From positions 1-64,000 of IMG/VR virus record IMGVR_UViG_3300045988_121141: DNA of 64,000 bases. The stretch is one strand, 5' to 3'. The position numbers were made by a program, and so were the translations under genes. The notes under the pieces are model-generated. The model had not been told where the DNA came from, made no database searches, and was given only the letters and a program-made list of their open reading frames with translations. Of this stretch, positions 38,309-48,452 are shown in pieces (the stretch's first letter is position 1; each line of letters begins with the position of its first letter). The DNA comes from a virus.

Positions 38309-40588
38309 TTACCTGCATTCTAATTTGTTAAGGTCATCCAATTCAGACTTGCTTACGGTCATGTCTTGCGTCAAGCCAGATCTGTTTTGGTATGGAGCGT
38401 AATCGGTTTCTACCACCTTAGCCTTCTGAGTAGAATCGTATTTCACCTCCGATTCGGTTCCTGTCAGATTTTGGTAGATAGATCCGGAACTACTTTCGCT
38501 TACTTTAGACCATATCTTATTACCTACTCTTATAAAATTATCATAAATACCTTCGGCTGTTATAACACCATCTTGCTCTACGATATTAGGGCCCGATTTT
38601 TCTTTTAACAGATACGGGTGCCTGGTGTAAAAATAGTGTTCAAAATCATTCCCGGCATACGAAGAGTCATACTTCTCCAAATAAAACAATTCTGATAAAG
38701 AAGGGTCGGTACTGGTCATGCTATAATCAAACAACATCAACCTGTCTTTTCCAGATAAAGATAATTCTATTGATTTCAAAATATCAGGATCATCAGAAAT
38801 AAGGCCCAAAGATGGACCAGGTTTGAAGTCAAGATACTTATAGGCATTATCATATAATTTTGTTTTATGGAGTTTGTTGTCAAGGTAAGATTGGTATAAA
38901 TCGAATAAGGATAATGGGTTTTCGCTATCTTGTTTTTTGTTCATGTATCGACTATACTCCCGATCCACATCCACGTAAGGAACGTCAAGTACCGCCGGGT
39001 GCCCAAACGCCATCCTGGTCATTATCATGTCCTCTGTGTTTTGAGAATCCATGAACGATCTGACGTATTTTTTAATGGAATCCATGAGCGTATTATTATC
39101 TACGTTCCGTACTTTCTCTTTATCCAAAACGCCGTTCTTAAAACAAGATTCAGGATATATTTTAGTAGAAAAATGAGTTAGGTTGTGCTTGGCTAACACT
39201 GTTGATATTTGATACATCTCGTTAAGATCATCTTTGCTGATCCTTTGATATAGATTATCTCCTACCTTAAGCAATGAATGTTTCTCAAATGCTTCTACTG
39301 GGTCTATATCAGATTCAGAATAAACGATATTCAAATTATCCATATATTCCGGCAATAATTCAAAATAATAGTCTGTACTATCACCAAGAACATCATCTAT
39401 AGAAGATGCCAGTGTTGGAGCATAATTTGCATCATTATGCCTAGCCACATAAATATCAAGATCCAGCATCAAATTATCTATCTTATTCAAAGATTCTTCT
39501 GTGCCATCATAAGTTTCCGATGTCCCTATTATATCTATGCCAAACCACGTACAAGCCTCTTCTATATCCCATATCATGCTTCTTAAATCGGATTCGGTGT
39601 CGGCATTAGCCCTATGTAAATAAGCTGATATACGAGCTCTTAGGAACTCTATTTTGCCAGGATTGTAATAAGACATATCTTGTAGCTTAGACAAGGATCT
39701 TCTCTTGCCTTCTACCACATCATCCCCTTCTATGTTTATTACCGGAATCTTATTCGTAGATAAAAACTCATCAAACATAGATTCGGCAAATTCTTTATCA
39801 GAAACGAATTTCTCAACCAGTTCAGGATATGAGTTTCTCAACGATTCAAAAGCAGATGAAAATTCAGAAAAGTTTTTTATGCCGGCTACTGTTTTACGTA
39901 TAGCATAATAAAGCTCAGAAGGATTATATGGCACTTTTTTACCAAATTGGTTAAACACTCCCTCCTTGTAAACAATAGGACCATACTGATAGTCAACAGA
40001 CATAAAATAATTATCCTTTTCCCTATCATGTTCGTTAATAGAATAATCTATTAACTTTCTCATGGAAGTCGAAACCTCATTTAAAACAGAAGGATCGGAT
40101 AAAATACGACTTATCTCTGTTTCATCATACAAACCGGATCTCCTTAATTTCTGCTCATTCAGTATCAAACTGCCATCTACATAAAAATCGAAGAGAATAG
40201 CATTAGACAATGAAGACGCATTGAAAAAATAATGAGTAGACAAAAGGAAATCCCTTACATCCTTAATATCCTGAGCCGTTAAAGGATCAGCAAAATAAGT
40301 CTGACGCTTCATATACGACAGCACGTCTTCTAAAAGAGGTTCGCCATTGGGATCGGTATTAAACATCTCCCCTGGAGCCGGGTTATTCCAATGACCGTAA
40401 TACGACAAAAAACCAGGAGTGTAAGCCTTAGCCCATACCTGAAGAGCTCGTTCGCTATTTCCTAATAATTTTAAGGCACTTTCGTAAAGAACGGAAGGCT
40501 CCCCGTTAGGAGCCTTAACCCGTTTTATTTCATTTTCCTTTTTTTCTATCTGACATTTGACACCCATAGTGATAAATATTTTGGACAA
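38309..40588 (-). CDS. large virion-associated hypothetical protein (759 aa; alternative start MGVKCQ at 40567)
   Basis: Long ORF. Confidence 0.6.
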   Translation of the reverse strand: MSKIFITMGVKCQIEKKENEIKRVKAPNGEPSVLYESALKLLGNSERALQVWAKAYTPGFLSYYGHWNNPAPGEMFNTDPNGEPLLEDVLSYMKRQTYFADPLTAQDIKDVRDFLLSTHYFFNASSLSNAILFDFYVDGSLILNEQKLRRSGLYDETEISRILSDPSVLNEVSTSMRKLIDYSINEHDREKDNYFMSVDYQYGPIVYKEGVFNQFGKKVPYNPSELYYAIRKTVAGIKNFSEFSSAFESLRNSYPELVEKFVSDKEFAESMFDEFLSTNKIPVINIEGDDVVEGKRRSLSKLQDMSYYNPGKIEFLRARISAYLHRANADTESDLRSMIWDIEEACTWFGIDIIGTSETYDGTEESLNKIDNLMLDLDIYVARHNDANYAPTLASSIDDVLGDSTDYYFELLPEYMDNLNIVYSESDIDPVEAFEKHSLLKVGDNLYQRISKDDLNEMYQISTVLAKHNLTHFSTKIYPESCFKNGVLDKEKVRNVDNNTLMDSIKKYVRSFMDSQNTEDMIMTRMAFGHPAVLDVPYVDVDREYSRYMNKKQDSENPLSLFDLYQSYLDNKLHKTKLYDNAYKYLDFKPGPSLGLISDDPDILKSIELSLSGKDRLMLFDYSMTSTDPSLSELFYLEKYDSSYAGNDFEHYFYTRHPYLLKEKSGPNIVEQDGVITAEGIYDNFIRVGNKIWSKVSESSSGSIYQNLTGTESEVKYDSTQKAKVVETDYAPYQNRSGLTQDMTVSKSELDDLNKLECR

Positions 40589-40609
40589 AGGTATTATAAA
40601 AAATAGAAA

Positions 40610-41197
40610 TTATGAAACTTCTATTTCATAATGCGAAGCCTTTGTTTCAACTATTAATCTTCCCTCTCCTTCGAACTCAACACTATTATCTCCTGGACCA
40701 GTAACAAAATGGAAATCAGATACGGATGTTACATAATCTTTATCACCACCAGAAAAAGACTGACTTTTACTTTGTTTGTAATTGATAGTCAATTGTGTTT
40801 TACCTATCTGAAGAGTTCCAGATAAATTTTTAGTATAAGTAGTGGTAGTTGTAATATCCCCATTTTTATAACAATACATTATAAAGGTGGTAACCGGACT
40901 CTTTTTTATATTACTATCCGGACCTGCATGATAAGATTCATTTCCTCCAAATATGCTATAAATGTGACAATAAGGACCGACTCTTTTACTTGAAGTTTTA
41001 GCCTTATCCTCGACTCCTTTCAAAGATATAGTAACCTTACTCTTGTATTCAATATCCTTCCAATTACAGACTCCTTCACTTACGTTTCCAACAAACCTGT
41101 CATCAACATAAACCTCTATATCCCCCTGCTGATTGGTCTTCAACTGATACTGAACAAGATTTGAAACATCTTCGTATCTCCTTCTCATACTCAACAC
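40610..41197 (-). CDS. MLSMRRRY-N-terminal protein (195 aa), Ser/Thr/Gly/Tyr-rich
   Basis: ORF; start region lies in a duplicated 47-nt junction. Confidence 0.5.
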   Translation of the reverse strand: MLSMRRRYEDVSNLVQYQLKTNQQGDIEVYVDDRFVGNVSEGVCNWKDIEYKSKVTISLKGVEDKAKTSSKRVGPYCHIYSIFGGNESYHAGPDSNIKKSPVTTFIMYCYKNGDITTTTTYTKNLSGTLQIGKTQLTINYKQSKSQSFSGGDKDYVTSVSDFHFVTGPGDNSVEFEGEGRLIVETKASHYEIEVS

Positions 41198-41222
41198 TCC
41201 TTATTTAACTCATTTATCGAAT
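41176..41222 (-). repeat. 47-nt junction repeat copy A (copy B at 41793..41839, 1 mismatch)
   Basis: atctccttctcatactcaacactc[c/t]ttatttaactcatttatcgaat present twice; spans RBS plus MLSMRRR start and, in copy B, the 2214-aa gene terminus SINELNKEC*. Confidence 0.7.
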
Positions 41223-41249
41223 TTTTCTATCTGACATTTGACACCCATA
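41223..41249 (-). repeat. 27-nt repeat (second copy at 40541..40567) duplicating the MGVKCQIEK start region of the 759-aa gene
   Basis: tttttctatctgacatttgacacccat identical at both sites. Confidence 0.7.
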
Positions 41250-41274
41250 ATAATTAACTTTTTTTCAAAATTAA

Positions 41275-41814
41275 CTATAAAATCGACTTATACAATGACG
41301 GATCCCAAACTCCTTCTATATAAATCTCTGGGAAACTCAAACTGCCATCACGAAGAGTGGTAACTTTCAAACTGGGAATGTTAAAAACAGTGCTAACATC
41401 ACTAAACTCACCATTCAACTTAATAGCATTTCCACTATTATCAGCTTCATAATAATAATAACAATAATTTTCATTAAGACTCGGATCATATTCGTACCAA
41501 TATGTTAGATCTTGCATATGGTCTTCTATATTACCAATTTTATTTCCACCTAATATAAAAATACCATTATTGCTATGATGATAAACCGTAGATTCATAAT
41601 TACCATAATTCCAGTCACTATTAAACACTATATCACTGACATCGGAATCATGATCTTTTAATACAGGTCCTATATGTATATGAATTTTATTAAACTGACA
41701 TACATAAGGTCTTTTTCCTCCAAGCCTTTTTATCTCTTCATTAGATAACTTATTATAACATCCTCCCACAAAATTATCCGCAGCATTAAAAAATCTCCTT
41801 CTCATACTCAACAC
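41275..41814 (-). CDS. MLSMRRRF-N-terminal protein (179 aa), Asn/Tyr-rich
   Basis: ORF; start overlaps last codons of the 2214-aa gene. Confidence 0.5.
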   Translation of the reverse strand: MLSMRRRFFNAADNFVGGCYNKLSNEEIKRLGGKRPYVCQFNKIHIHIGPVLKDHDSDVSDIVFNSDWNYGNYESTVYHHSNNGIFILGGNKIGNIEDHMQDLTYWYEYDPSLNENYCYYYYEADNSGNAIKLNGEFSDVSTVFNIPSLKVTTLRDGSLSFPEIYIEGVWDPSLYKSIL

Positions 41815-44800
41815 TCTTTATTTAACTCATTTATCGAATCCGAATTATCAGAACCTTCTACGAGATTCTTATTCCTATCTATCTCTTCCTGACTCATGTT
41901 ACTCATCATATTTTGTATTTTTCTACCAGATTGAGATAAAGAGCGGATGAATGCACTGGAACTTATCTTAACTCCAAGATCCGGTTTTGCCCTAAACGCT
42001 TCACCGGTACTGATATTATACAAATCATACACACCTGAGTTCATATAGAATTTATATATCCAGTTTCCACCAGCTTTTTTGTACCCTAATTTGGTTAACT
42101 CGACTACACTCATACCAAATTTAATGCCATTACGACCCATTATCTTCTCCGGTATAGGTTCTACCTTAGCCGGAACAGATGTATATGCTTCATCGCCGCC
42201 GTACAGGAAATAAGGGGTTGTCACCCTTGATATGTGAGTAAGCGACTCTTCGGATATACGAGGTTCGTCTTTCGCAGCCTTAGATCCTTTCCTTAGATTG
42301 GATATTCTAATAAAAGGATCGTATGTCAAAAAGGTTAAGCCGTATTCTACTTTATAACCTGATACGCCGTTAAGATCCCTTATAGCCTTAGTCGTATGCG
42401 AGTGATTGATGGTGTCTATACCATACCTTGATTCCATATCGGTCATAATACTATTAACCTCATCTCCCTCTACATAAACCTCTTCTCCTTCCGGGATAGA
42501 GGTTATGCCGGCAGCCCTTCTAAGTAGCCATAAAGTAACTTCAGCAATGTCAGAGAACTTATCTCCGTTCTTCCTATAGTTATCTACTCTTCCTTCTTCA
42601 GATCCAGGTAATTCGACATTTCTTTCAACTTCGACATTTGTTCTGGATTGTCCTTTGCCTTCTCCATCTCCCTTTTTATCGCCATCTTCCTCAGTGCGTA
42701 CTGCACCGCCTTCTGCACTTCCTTCTTTTCCATCATTTAAAATATTATCTGATTCTGACTCTATAGACTCCACGACAGCATCATACTCTGGTATGCCGCT
42801 AAGGAAATCTGCTACGTTATTCAAAAACTCTATTTTTTCCTCGTTTGTCATATCAAGGCTTTCCACGGGCCCCCATATGGCGGGCAAGTTGTTTGATTTT
42901 ATTACAGTAGAAACATCTTCTATAGTTTGGTTGTCCACCGTAGGCAAAACTTTAGAAACCAAACTATTGATATCAGATTCCATTTTTTCTACTTCCTCTT
43001 TTGTGCCATATTCTTTTAGGGTATCCATGCCATTGACTCTAAGAGAATAATTCAAAGCCTTGCTTGGAACAAAATTAATATATTTCAAAAAGTTTTTCAA
43101 CTCTGATATAATTTGTTCGTCAGATCTTGGCCCAACATAATCCTCGACTACCTGATCTGTTTGAGAACGAAGCCAAGAAACGTATTCTTCTAAAGTCTTA
43201 CCACCTTTACCGGAAGGAGTGGATATTTTATCACCTACTGTTCCTTTAGGTTCTAATCCCATTTCCTCCTTAAGGCTTTTAGGATTACCTCTCTCACGAA
43301 GAAACCTCAAATCACCTCCTACAATCTTCCTTGCTATAAAATCAAAAATATTAGCATAAGGCGGCAATCCCTCTTTTTCTATATGAGATTCTATTTCGTT
43401 TAACATAAGAGAGAAGTTTTTCCTGGAGGTACGCTTCTTGCCAGGTAAAGACTGCGCATCTTGTGCCGCAGGAGCCGGCTGAGCTAATGGCGCCGGCTGA
43501 GTCTCCCGGGCAGCCCCTTCCTCTGGCATTTCCTCTTCATAAACTTCCACATCTTCTACCTTAGAAGTAACGGTCTTACCCTCATCAGAGAAAGGAAGAT
43601 CATCCTCTATAAGCGATTTAGGTCTGGAAGATGATTTGCCAAACTGAATCCTGATCTTAGGAGCGACAAACATCTCACCTTCGAAATCTATTCCAGATTC
43701 TACTTCAGACGTCACAATGTCTTTCACATTCCTGCTTTCATCTTCTACCCACTTAACAACATCAGGAACCGTAGATAATTTTTCTATAGCCTCACGAGCT
43801 TTTCTAAGCCCTGAAATAGGATTCAAATACGATACTTGATACGAAGCCGGATCAAGACCTAACTTGGTTAGATACGCATTAAGATCTTGTATGTCATCTT
43901 GACCCATCTGTAGCAATTCAGAATCACCAGATTCAAGCAGCATATCTATAAAAGACATCCATTTCTGCCCTTCCTCTGATTCTACAGAACGTAGGCTAAC
44001 TGGGAAAAGATAATTAAGACCGTTTTTACCTTTGATGACGACTACCGGAACTCTTACATTTTTGTAATTATTCCCCTTGTCATTTAATATAGAATAAGCA
44101 AATGGGAAGCCTGTGTATTTAGATCCGTTCTTAAGCACGACTTTGCCATTTAATACATATCCAACATCAGATACTTTTTCAGCACCTTTTTCGGTAATAG
44201 GGAGATTTTCTATCTGGCCATATCCTTGACCGTTCACCTTCATGTTAAACACCGGTCTTCCGGGAAGGGTCTGGGCAACAACATGCGTGCCGACGCCGAT
44301 GGTAGCCGACCGGCCGGCGTCCTTCTTCCACTTGTTAAAAGCCGTTCTTCTTATTTTACTTATACCATCTATGCCTCCTGTATCAGCTTTTACAACAGAA
44401 ACGAATCTGTTTCCACTCATGACCTTGATAACCATATTGGATACCAGTTTATTTTCAGCAGATTCTATTCTTTTTTTATCTCCGGACTGAACAGCATCAT
44501 TGTATTCGGCAAAAAGAGACTGATTATAGGTATCATTTACATCTATTTCGAGATTAACCTTATCTCCTTTTTTCAAAGAAGATAATGCTTCCTGATCTAT
44601 TTTATCTACTTCATTCTCTCCGAATCCGACACCCGTTCTGTACGGAACCAACTCATCTGAATCAAGACGCTTATAAACCAAAGAATATGAATTACCCACG
44701 TCCTGAATAGACACATCTGTGTAACGGTTAAGAACACGAGCCGATTCTTTGTCTATAGACCATCTCGCATGATAAGGCAGTTCAATTATAGTAGCCGTTT

Positions 44801-47800
44801 CTCCACCTATGTTAAGAGAATACCTTTTAGTACCATTAGCGTTCGTTTCAGAGCTTATTTGAATAGGAACCAATGATTTTATAGAAGATATAAATTTATC
44901 GGCTCTAAGACCTGCAATTTCATACCTTTCATTGCCGTCATTGGAGATTCTTCTTACCATCAACGTCTCTGGATTCTGGGCGCTATCTATATTGGCTCCC
45001 GGCGTATTATCAGATTCGTCTAATTCATTTACAAGAGAATCTATATTAGCATCATCCTCCCCAAAATTACTTAACGTAGATTCGGAAATACGACCTTTAT
45101 CAATAATCCTGTTTTGTTCGATATAAGGAAGGAGATCCGTGATGTTTCCAACCTGGCCAAGATCTTCTATGGTAAATACCGAATCGGCAAGCTTATCTTC
45201 GTCAACTTTCTCCCCTTTGTCCCGTCTGTTCATTATATCAACATACGAAGAAATAGCATCATCAAGTTCCTTCCTTTGATCTGGTTCCAAATTGGATTTA
45301 GCCATATCAATAATAGCTTTATTATCCTCATACACAGATCTCGGACTTGTAAGCCTATCAGCCTTTTCAGATAATGATTTTATGAGATTAACGGGACTGT
45401 CACCCAAAGACGATACATAATCATCAAAATCTTGTTTGTATTTATCATACACATCTTTTTCTCTCTCAGTAAGAAGATCGGCATTACCTGTATATAGTTT
45501 ATCAATTATAGACTGCCTTACGGCCGGAACCATAATAGGATTATCCATAGCAGCCTCATAATCTTCATCCGATACAGACTCCGTAAGCGGTGACTCTTTT
45601 ATATCATCTTCTGCTTCCTTCATCCTATCTTCCCTTACTTTATCAAGAGCATGCATAAAAGCCTTGATAGTCCAAGCTTCGTCTTCCGAAATCTTACCTT
45701 CTGACACAGCTTGATCTACTACCTCATCAGTGTCATATTCACCAACTTTATTAGACTCTGCAAAATCAGGAACCTTGTCATCCCCTTTATAAGGAGTAGA
45801 CCATAGAGAAGACAGCGCTTTTGAAAACCCCCTGTTTTCCTCAGCTAAGAATCTTTTATCAAGCATCTTAGACAAGAAGTTATTCATATTCCTATAGTCC
45901 ATCAAACTTCTTCGGTATTCATTTACCAAGGATCTCATGGCTTTGTCTTTGGCTGTAAACTTCTTTTCCTGTCTTGATTTTACATTAAAATAATCATCAA
46001 AAGCCACAAGCGTATCATAGGCTTCTATCACATCTTGTGAACTTATGGGAGAAAGAGGAGATGATAAAACAGATTCGGTTTTACTTACCAGCTCTTCTAT
46101 CGAAAACTCTTTTCCTATTAACGTTGATAACTCAGACAACGAATTGTTGTAATTGGTTCTAAGGCTTTCCAATTCTTTGGTTTTTCGTTGTATGGATTCA
46201 GCTTGTGGATCTTTCCCTTCTACGTTGCGAGGGCGGGTAGCAAGATCTTCTATTTCGGATTCAAGTTCTTCTATTCTTGACCGTATGCCACGGATAGCCA
46301 TCGCCCGCTCCCTTGCCCTGTCCGACAGCCGGGAGAACGTACTTAGAGCATCCGCCACGCGAGGCTGCCCCGAAAGCGTTTCTATGACAGAAGCTATGTC
46401 TTTCATTCTTGATTCCGATTGAAGACCAAGAAAAGCATTACGAGCCACGTATTTCCTAAACTCAATCTTAGAATCATCACCTATAAGATCTTCGGCAAAA
46501 CTCTGGGCAGATCTGAAATCCGAAAGACGATTATTATAATTATCAATAATAGAGTCCTTGTATTTCTTTGCCTCTTCCAAAGACATTCCATTAGCTTCGG
46601 CTATTTCCGAAATAGGCATCATATCAATCATCTGCCGGAAATTTTCAGCCGAATCCTCTAAGGTTCCCATTTGGTTGTCAATAGACATCTTTTCAAACAT
46701 AGCATCATCAAGCTCCTTACCAGTCATAGACTGGGCATCGGAACGAACTTGAGGCCCTAAACTCATTGATTTTTTCAACGTATTCAAAGCCGCCGTGTTA
46801 AGATTAGAAGATGCTTTGTTATATTCATTCACTTGCCTTTCCAGCAAGATCTGACTATTACTATACTCTTTCACCCCAAAGAAGCCTTCTCTCATACCAA
46901 ACAAAGAACCGATAATAGCACCGATTCCTATTTCAGTCCATCCTTCTTTAGACGTATATTGCTTTTTAAATCCTTCAGAAATAGCATCAAGAACATCAAC
47001 GGCTCCGTTCATGGCGACATTATCATATCTTGACTTAACATATTCCTCAGCCGTATTCTGAACAGCACCTTGAGATCCTTCTTCCCATAAGCCTTCAGAT
47101 ACCGGTCTTTTCATGATATTGAAAACATTGCCTGCTATCTTCTGTCCTATATTGGGATTGGTTATTTTAATAGCCATCTCTCCCGGCTTCGCAACTTCCG
47201 TCCCTAATCCAAATAAATGCTTGTTGAGCCTCTTTTCCAACCCTGGTATAGCCTTGCCTCCTAACCCTATATACTTACCAAAAAGAAGCCAGTTAGATAA
47301 TCCTACGATACCCATATTGGCGGCAAATATAGCACTACCTACATCAGCATTAGAATTACGAAAAACAGCCATTTCCTCTGCATTGGGATCACGACCATAA
47401 ATCTTACGATAATAATCCTTGAAATCAGACTCAGATTGCTTCATAAAAGAATTTGCTTCAACCGATGACTCGAATCCGGCACTGGTAGCCAACAACGTCA
47501 TGGTCTTAGCCGCCTCCCCTACATTTCTTCCGGTAGCAACTCCTTTTCTTACATAGTCGTTAAACACGCTTTTAAGGCTTCCTATGCCCCTATTGGCAGC
47601 TTGCCTTGCTGCTAACTTAGCTCCGATTCTTCCACCTAATTTAGCGCCTATATTACCCAATGATCCAACTCCAAGTCCTCCGGTCATGTACGCTGATATC
47701 ATGGCTCCTACGGTAAAAGACATACCATTACCAAGGACGTCATTCCACAAGAAATTACCGGTATCCTTAAAAAGCTTCTGACCAAAATTATAATCTTCTA

Positions 47801-48452
47801 CCTCTTTCTTGTAATAATGGGGAAGAAGCATGTCTATTTGCTGGTCAAGATCACCTACAAACTTATCCATGTTAGTGTTTAACGCAGCTTTGTAACTTCC
47901 CTCAGATGCCATATTGATAAGTTTGTCAGGCAATGACACAACTCCTTGTGCACCGTACAATGCGGATTTTAAAGCGAATTTGCCTACACCATTCCAAAAC
48001 TTACTCCACCCGCTCTGTCTCCTGGCATAATAATCCTCATTATTTATACCCGGAATATAGTTGGGATATTTTGTACGCCATACCCCATCATTACCCATCT
48101 GATGACTTTCACGGATACTTACCTTCGGTCCATAGGGATTAAGAGGCGGCGGGGCAGGTGTAGCCCCCCTGTAGCTGTTACGAGCCAGTGCCTCTGAGTA
48201 GCTGTTGCTTATCTCCTTGGCTATATACGGTTCTTCGTATTCGGCAGCAGCTATCCTTGATGCGTAATCCGGAAATTTAGGTTGGGCATACACACCTTCA
48301 CCAGGCATATAATTAGGAACCAGAGGCGTTGTCGTCTCTGGTAATGTAGCCGGAGTGTAATTCTCTTCTTCGGCTAATTTCCTTTGCCTTGCCACATCTT
48401 CGTAAGTGGTTTTAGCAGCAGGATTATATCTATCTATATTATTGTCAGCCAT
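41808..48452 (-). CDS. giant virion/ejection protein (2214 aa) with Gly-rich hydrophobic segments
   Basis: 6.6 kb ORF. Confidence 0.8.
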   Translation of the reverse strand: MADNNIDRYNPAAKTTYEDVARQRKLAEEENYTPATLPETTTPLVPNYMPGEGVYAQPKFPDYASRIAAAEYEEPYIAKEISNSYSEALARNSYRGATPAPPPLNPYGPKVSIRESHQMGNDGVWRTKYPNYIPGINNEDYYARRQSGWSKFWNGVGKFALKSALYGAQGVVSLPDKLINMASEGSYKAALNTNMDKFVGDLDQQIDMLLPHYYKKEVEDYNFGQKLFKDTGNFLWNDVLGNGMSFTVGAMISAYMTGGLGVGSLGNIGAKLGGRIGAKLAARQAANRGIGSLKSVFNDYVRKGVATGRNVGEAAKTMTLLATSAGFESSVEANSFMKQSESDFKDYYRKIYGRDPNAEEMAVFRNSNADVGSAIFAANMGIVGLSNWLLFGKYIGLGGKAIPGLEKRLNKHLFGLGTEVAKPGEMAIKITNPNIGQKIAGNVFNIMKRPVSEGLWEEGSQGAVQNTAEEYVKSRYDNVAMNGAVDVLDAISEGFKKQYTSKEGWTEIGIGAIIGSLFGMREGFFGVKEYSNSQILLERQVNEYNKASSNLNTAALNTLKKSMSLGPQVRSDAQSMTGKELDDAMFEKMSIDNQMGTLEDSAENFRQMIDMMPISEIAEANGMSLEEAKKYKDSIIDNYNNRLSDFRSAQSFAEDLIGDDSKIEFRKYVARNAFLGLQSESRMKDIASVIETLSGQPRVADALSTFSRLSDRARERAMAIRGIRSRIEELESEIEDLATRPRNVEGKDPQAESIQRKTKELESLRTNYNNSLSELSTLIGKEFSIEELVSKTESVLSSPLSPISSQDVIEAYDTLVAFDDYFNVKSRQEKKFTAKDKAMRSLVNEYRRSLMDYRNMNNFLSKMLDKRFLAEENRGFSKALSSLWSTPYKGDDKVPDFAESNKVGEYDTDEVVDQAVSEGKISEDEAWTIKAFMHALDKVREDRMKEAEDDIKESPLTESVSDEDYEAAMDNPIMVPAVRQSIIDKLYTGNADLLTEREKDVYDKYKQDFDDYVSSLGDSPVNLIKSLSEKADRLTSPRSVYEDNKAIIDMAKSNLEPDQRKELDDAISSYVDIMNRRDKGEKVDEDKLADSVFTIEDLGQVGNITDLLPYIEQNRIIDKGRISESTLSNFGEDDANIDSLVNELDESDNTPGANIDSAQNPETLMVRRISNDGNERYEIAGLRADKFISSIKSLVPIQISSETNANGTKRYSLNIGGETATIIELPYHARWSIDKESARVLNRYTDVSIQDVGNSYSLVYKRLDSDELVPYRTGVGFGENEVDKIDQEALSSLKKGDKVNLEIDVNDTYNQSLFAEYNDAVQSGDKKRIESAENKLVSNMVIKVMSGNRFVSVVKADTGGIDGISKIRRTAFNKWKKDAGRSATIGVGTHVVAQTLPGRPVFNMKVNGQGYGQIENLPITEKGAEKVSDVGYVLNGKVVLKNGSKYTGFPFAYSILNDKGNNYKNVRVPVVVIKGKNGLNYLFPVSLRSVESEEGQKWMSFIDMLLESGDSELLQMGQDDIQDLNAYLTKLGLDPASYQVSYLNPISGLRKAREAIEKLSTVPDVVKWVEDESRNVKDIVTSEVESGIDFEGEMFVAPKIRIQFGKSSSRPKSLIEDDLPFSDEGKTVTSKVEDVEVYEEEMPEEGAARETQPAPLAQPAPAAQDAQSLPGKKRTSRKNFSLMLNEIESHIEKEGLPPYANIFDFIARKIVGGDLRFLRERGNPKSLKEEMGLEPKGTVGDKISTPSGKGGKTLEEYVSWLRSQTDQVVEDYVGPRSDEQIISELKNFLKYINFVPSKALNYSLRVNGMDTLKEYGTKEEVEKMESDINSLVSKVLPTVDNQTIEDVSTVIKSNNLPAIWGPVESLDMTNEEKIEFLNNVADFLSGIPEYDAVVESIESESDNILNDGKEGSAEGGAVRTEEDGDKKGDGEGKGQSRTNVEVERNVELPGSEEGRVDNYRKNGDKFSDIAEVTLWLLRRAAGITSIPEGEEVYVEGDEVNSIMTDMESRYGIDTINHSHTTKAIRDLNGVSGYKVEYGLTFLTYDPFIRISNLRKGSKAAKDEPRISEESLTHISRVTTPYFLYGGDEAYTSVPAKVEPIPEKIMGRNGIKFGMSVVELTKLGYKKAGGNWIYKFYMNSGVYDLYNISTGEAFRAKPDLGVKISSSAFIRSLSQSGRKIQNMMSNMSQEEIDRNKNLVEGSDNSDSINELNKEC

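Noticed and set aside
42655-48142. Plus-strand ORFs inside the 2214-aa gene (42655..43050, 44226..44585, 47113..47400 etc.)
   Set aside because: Same reasoning: shadow ORFs antisense to a long intact gene.
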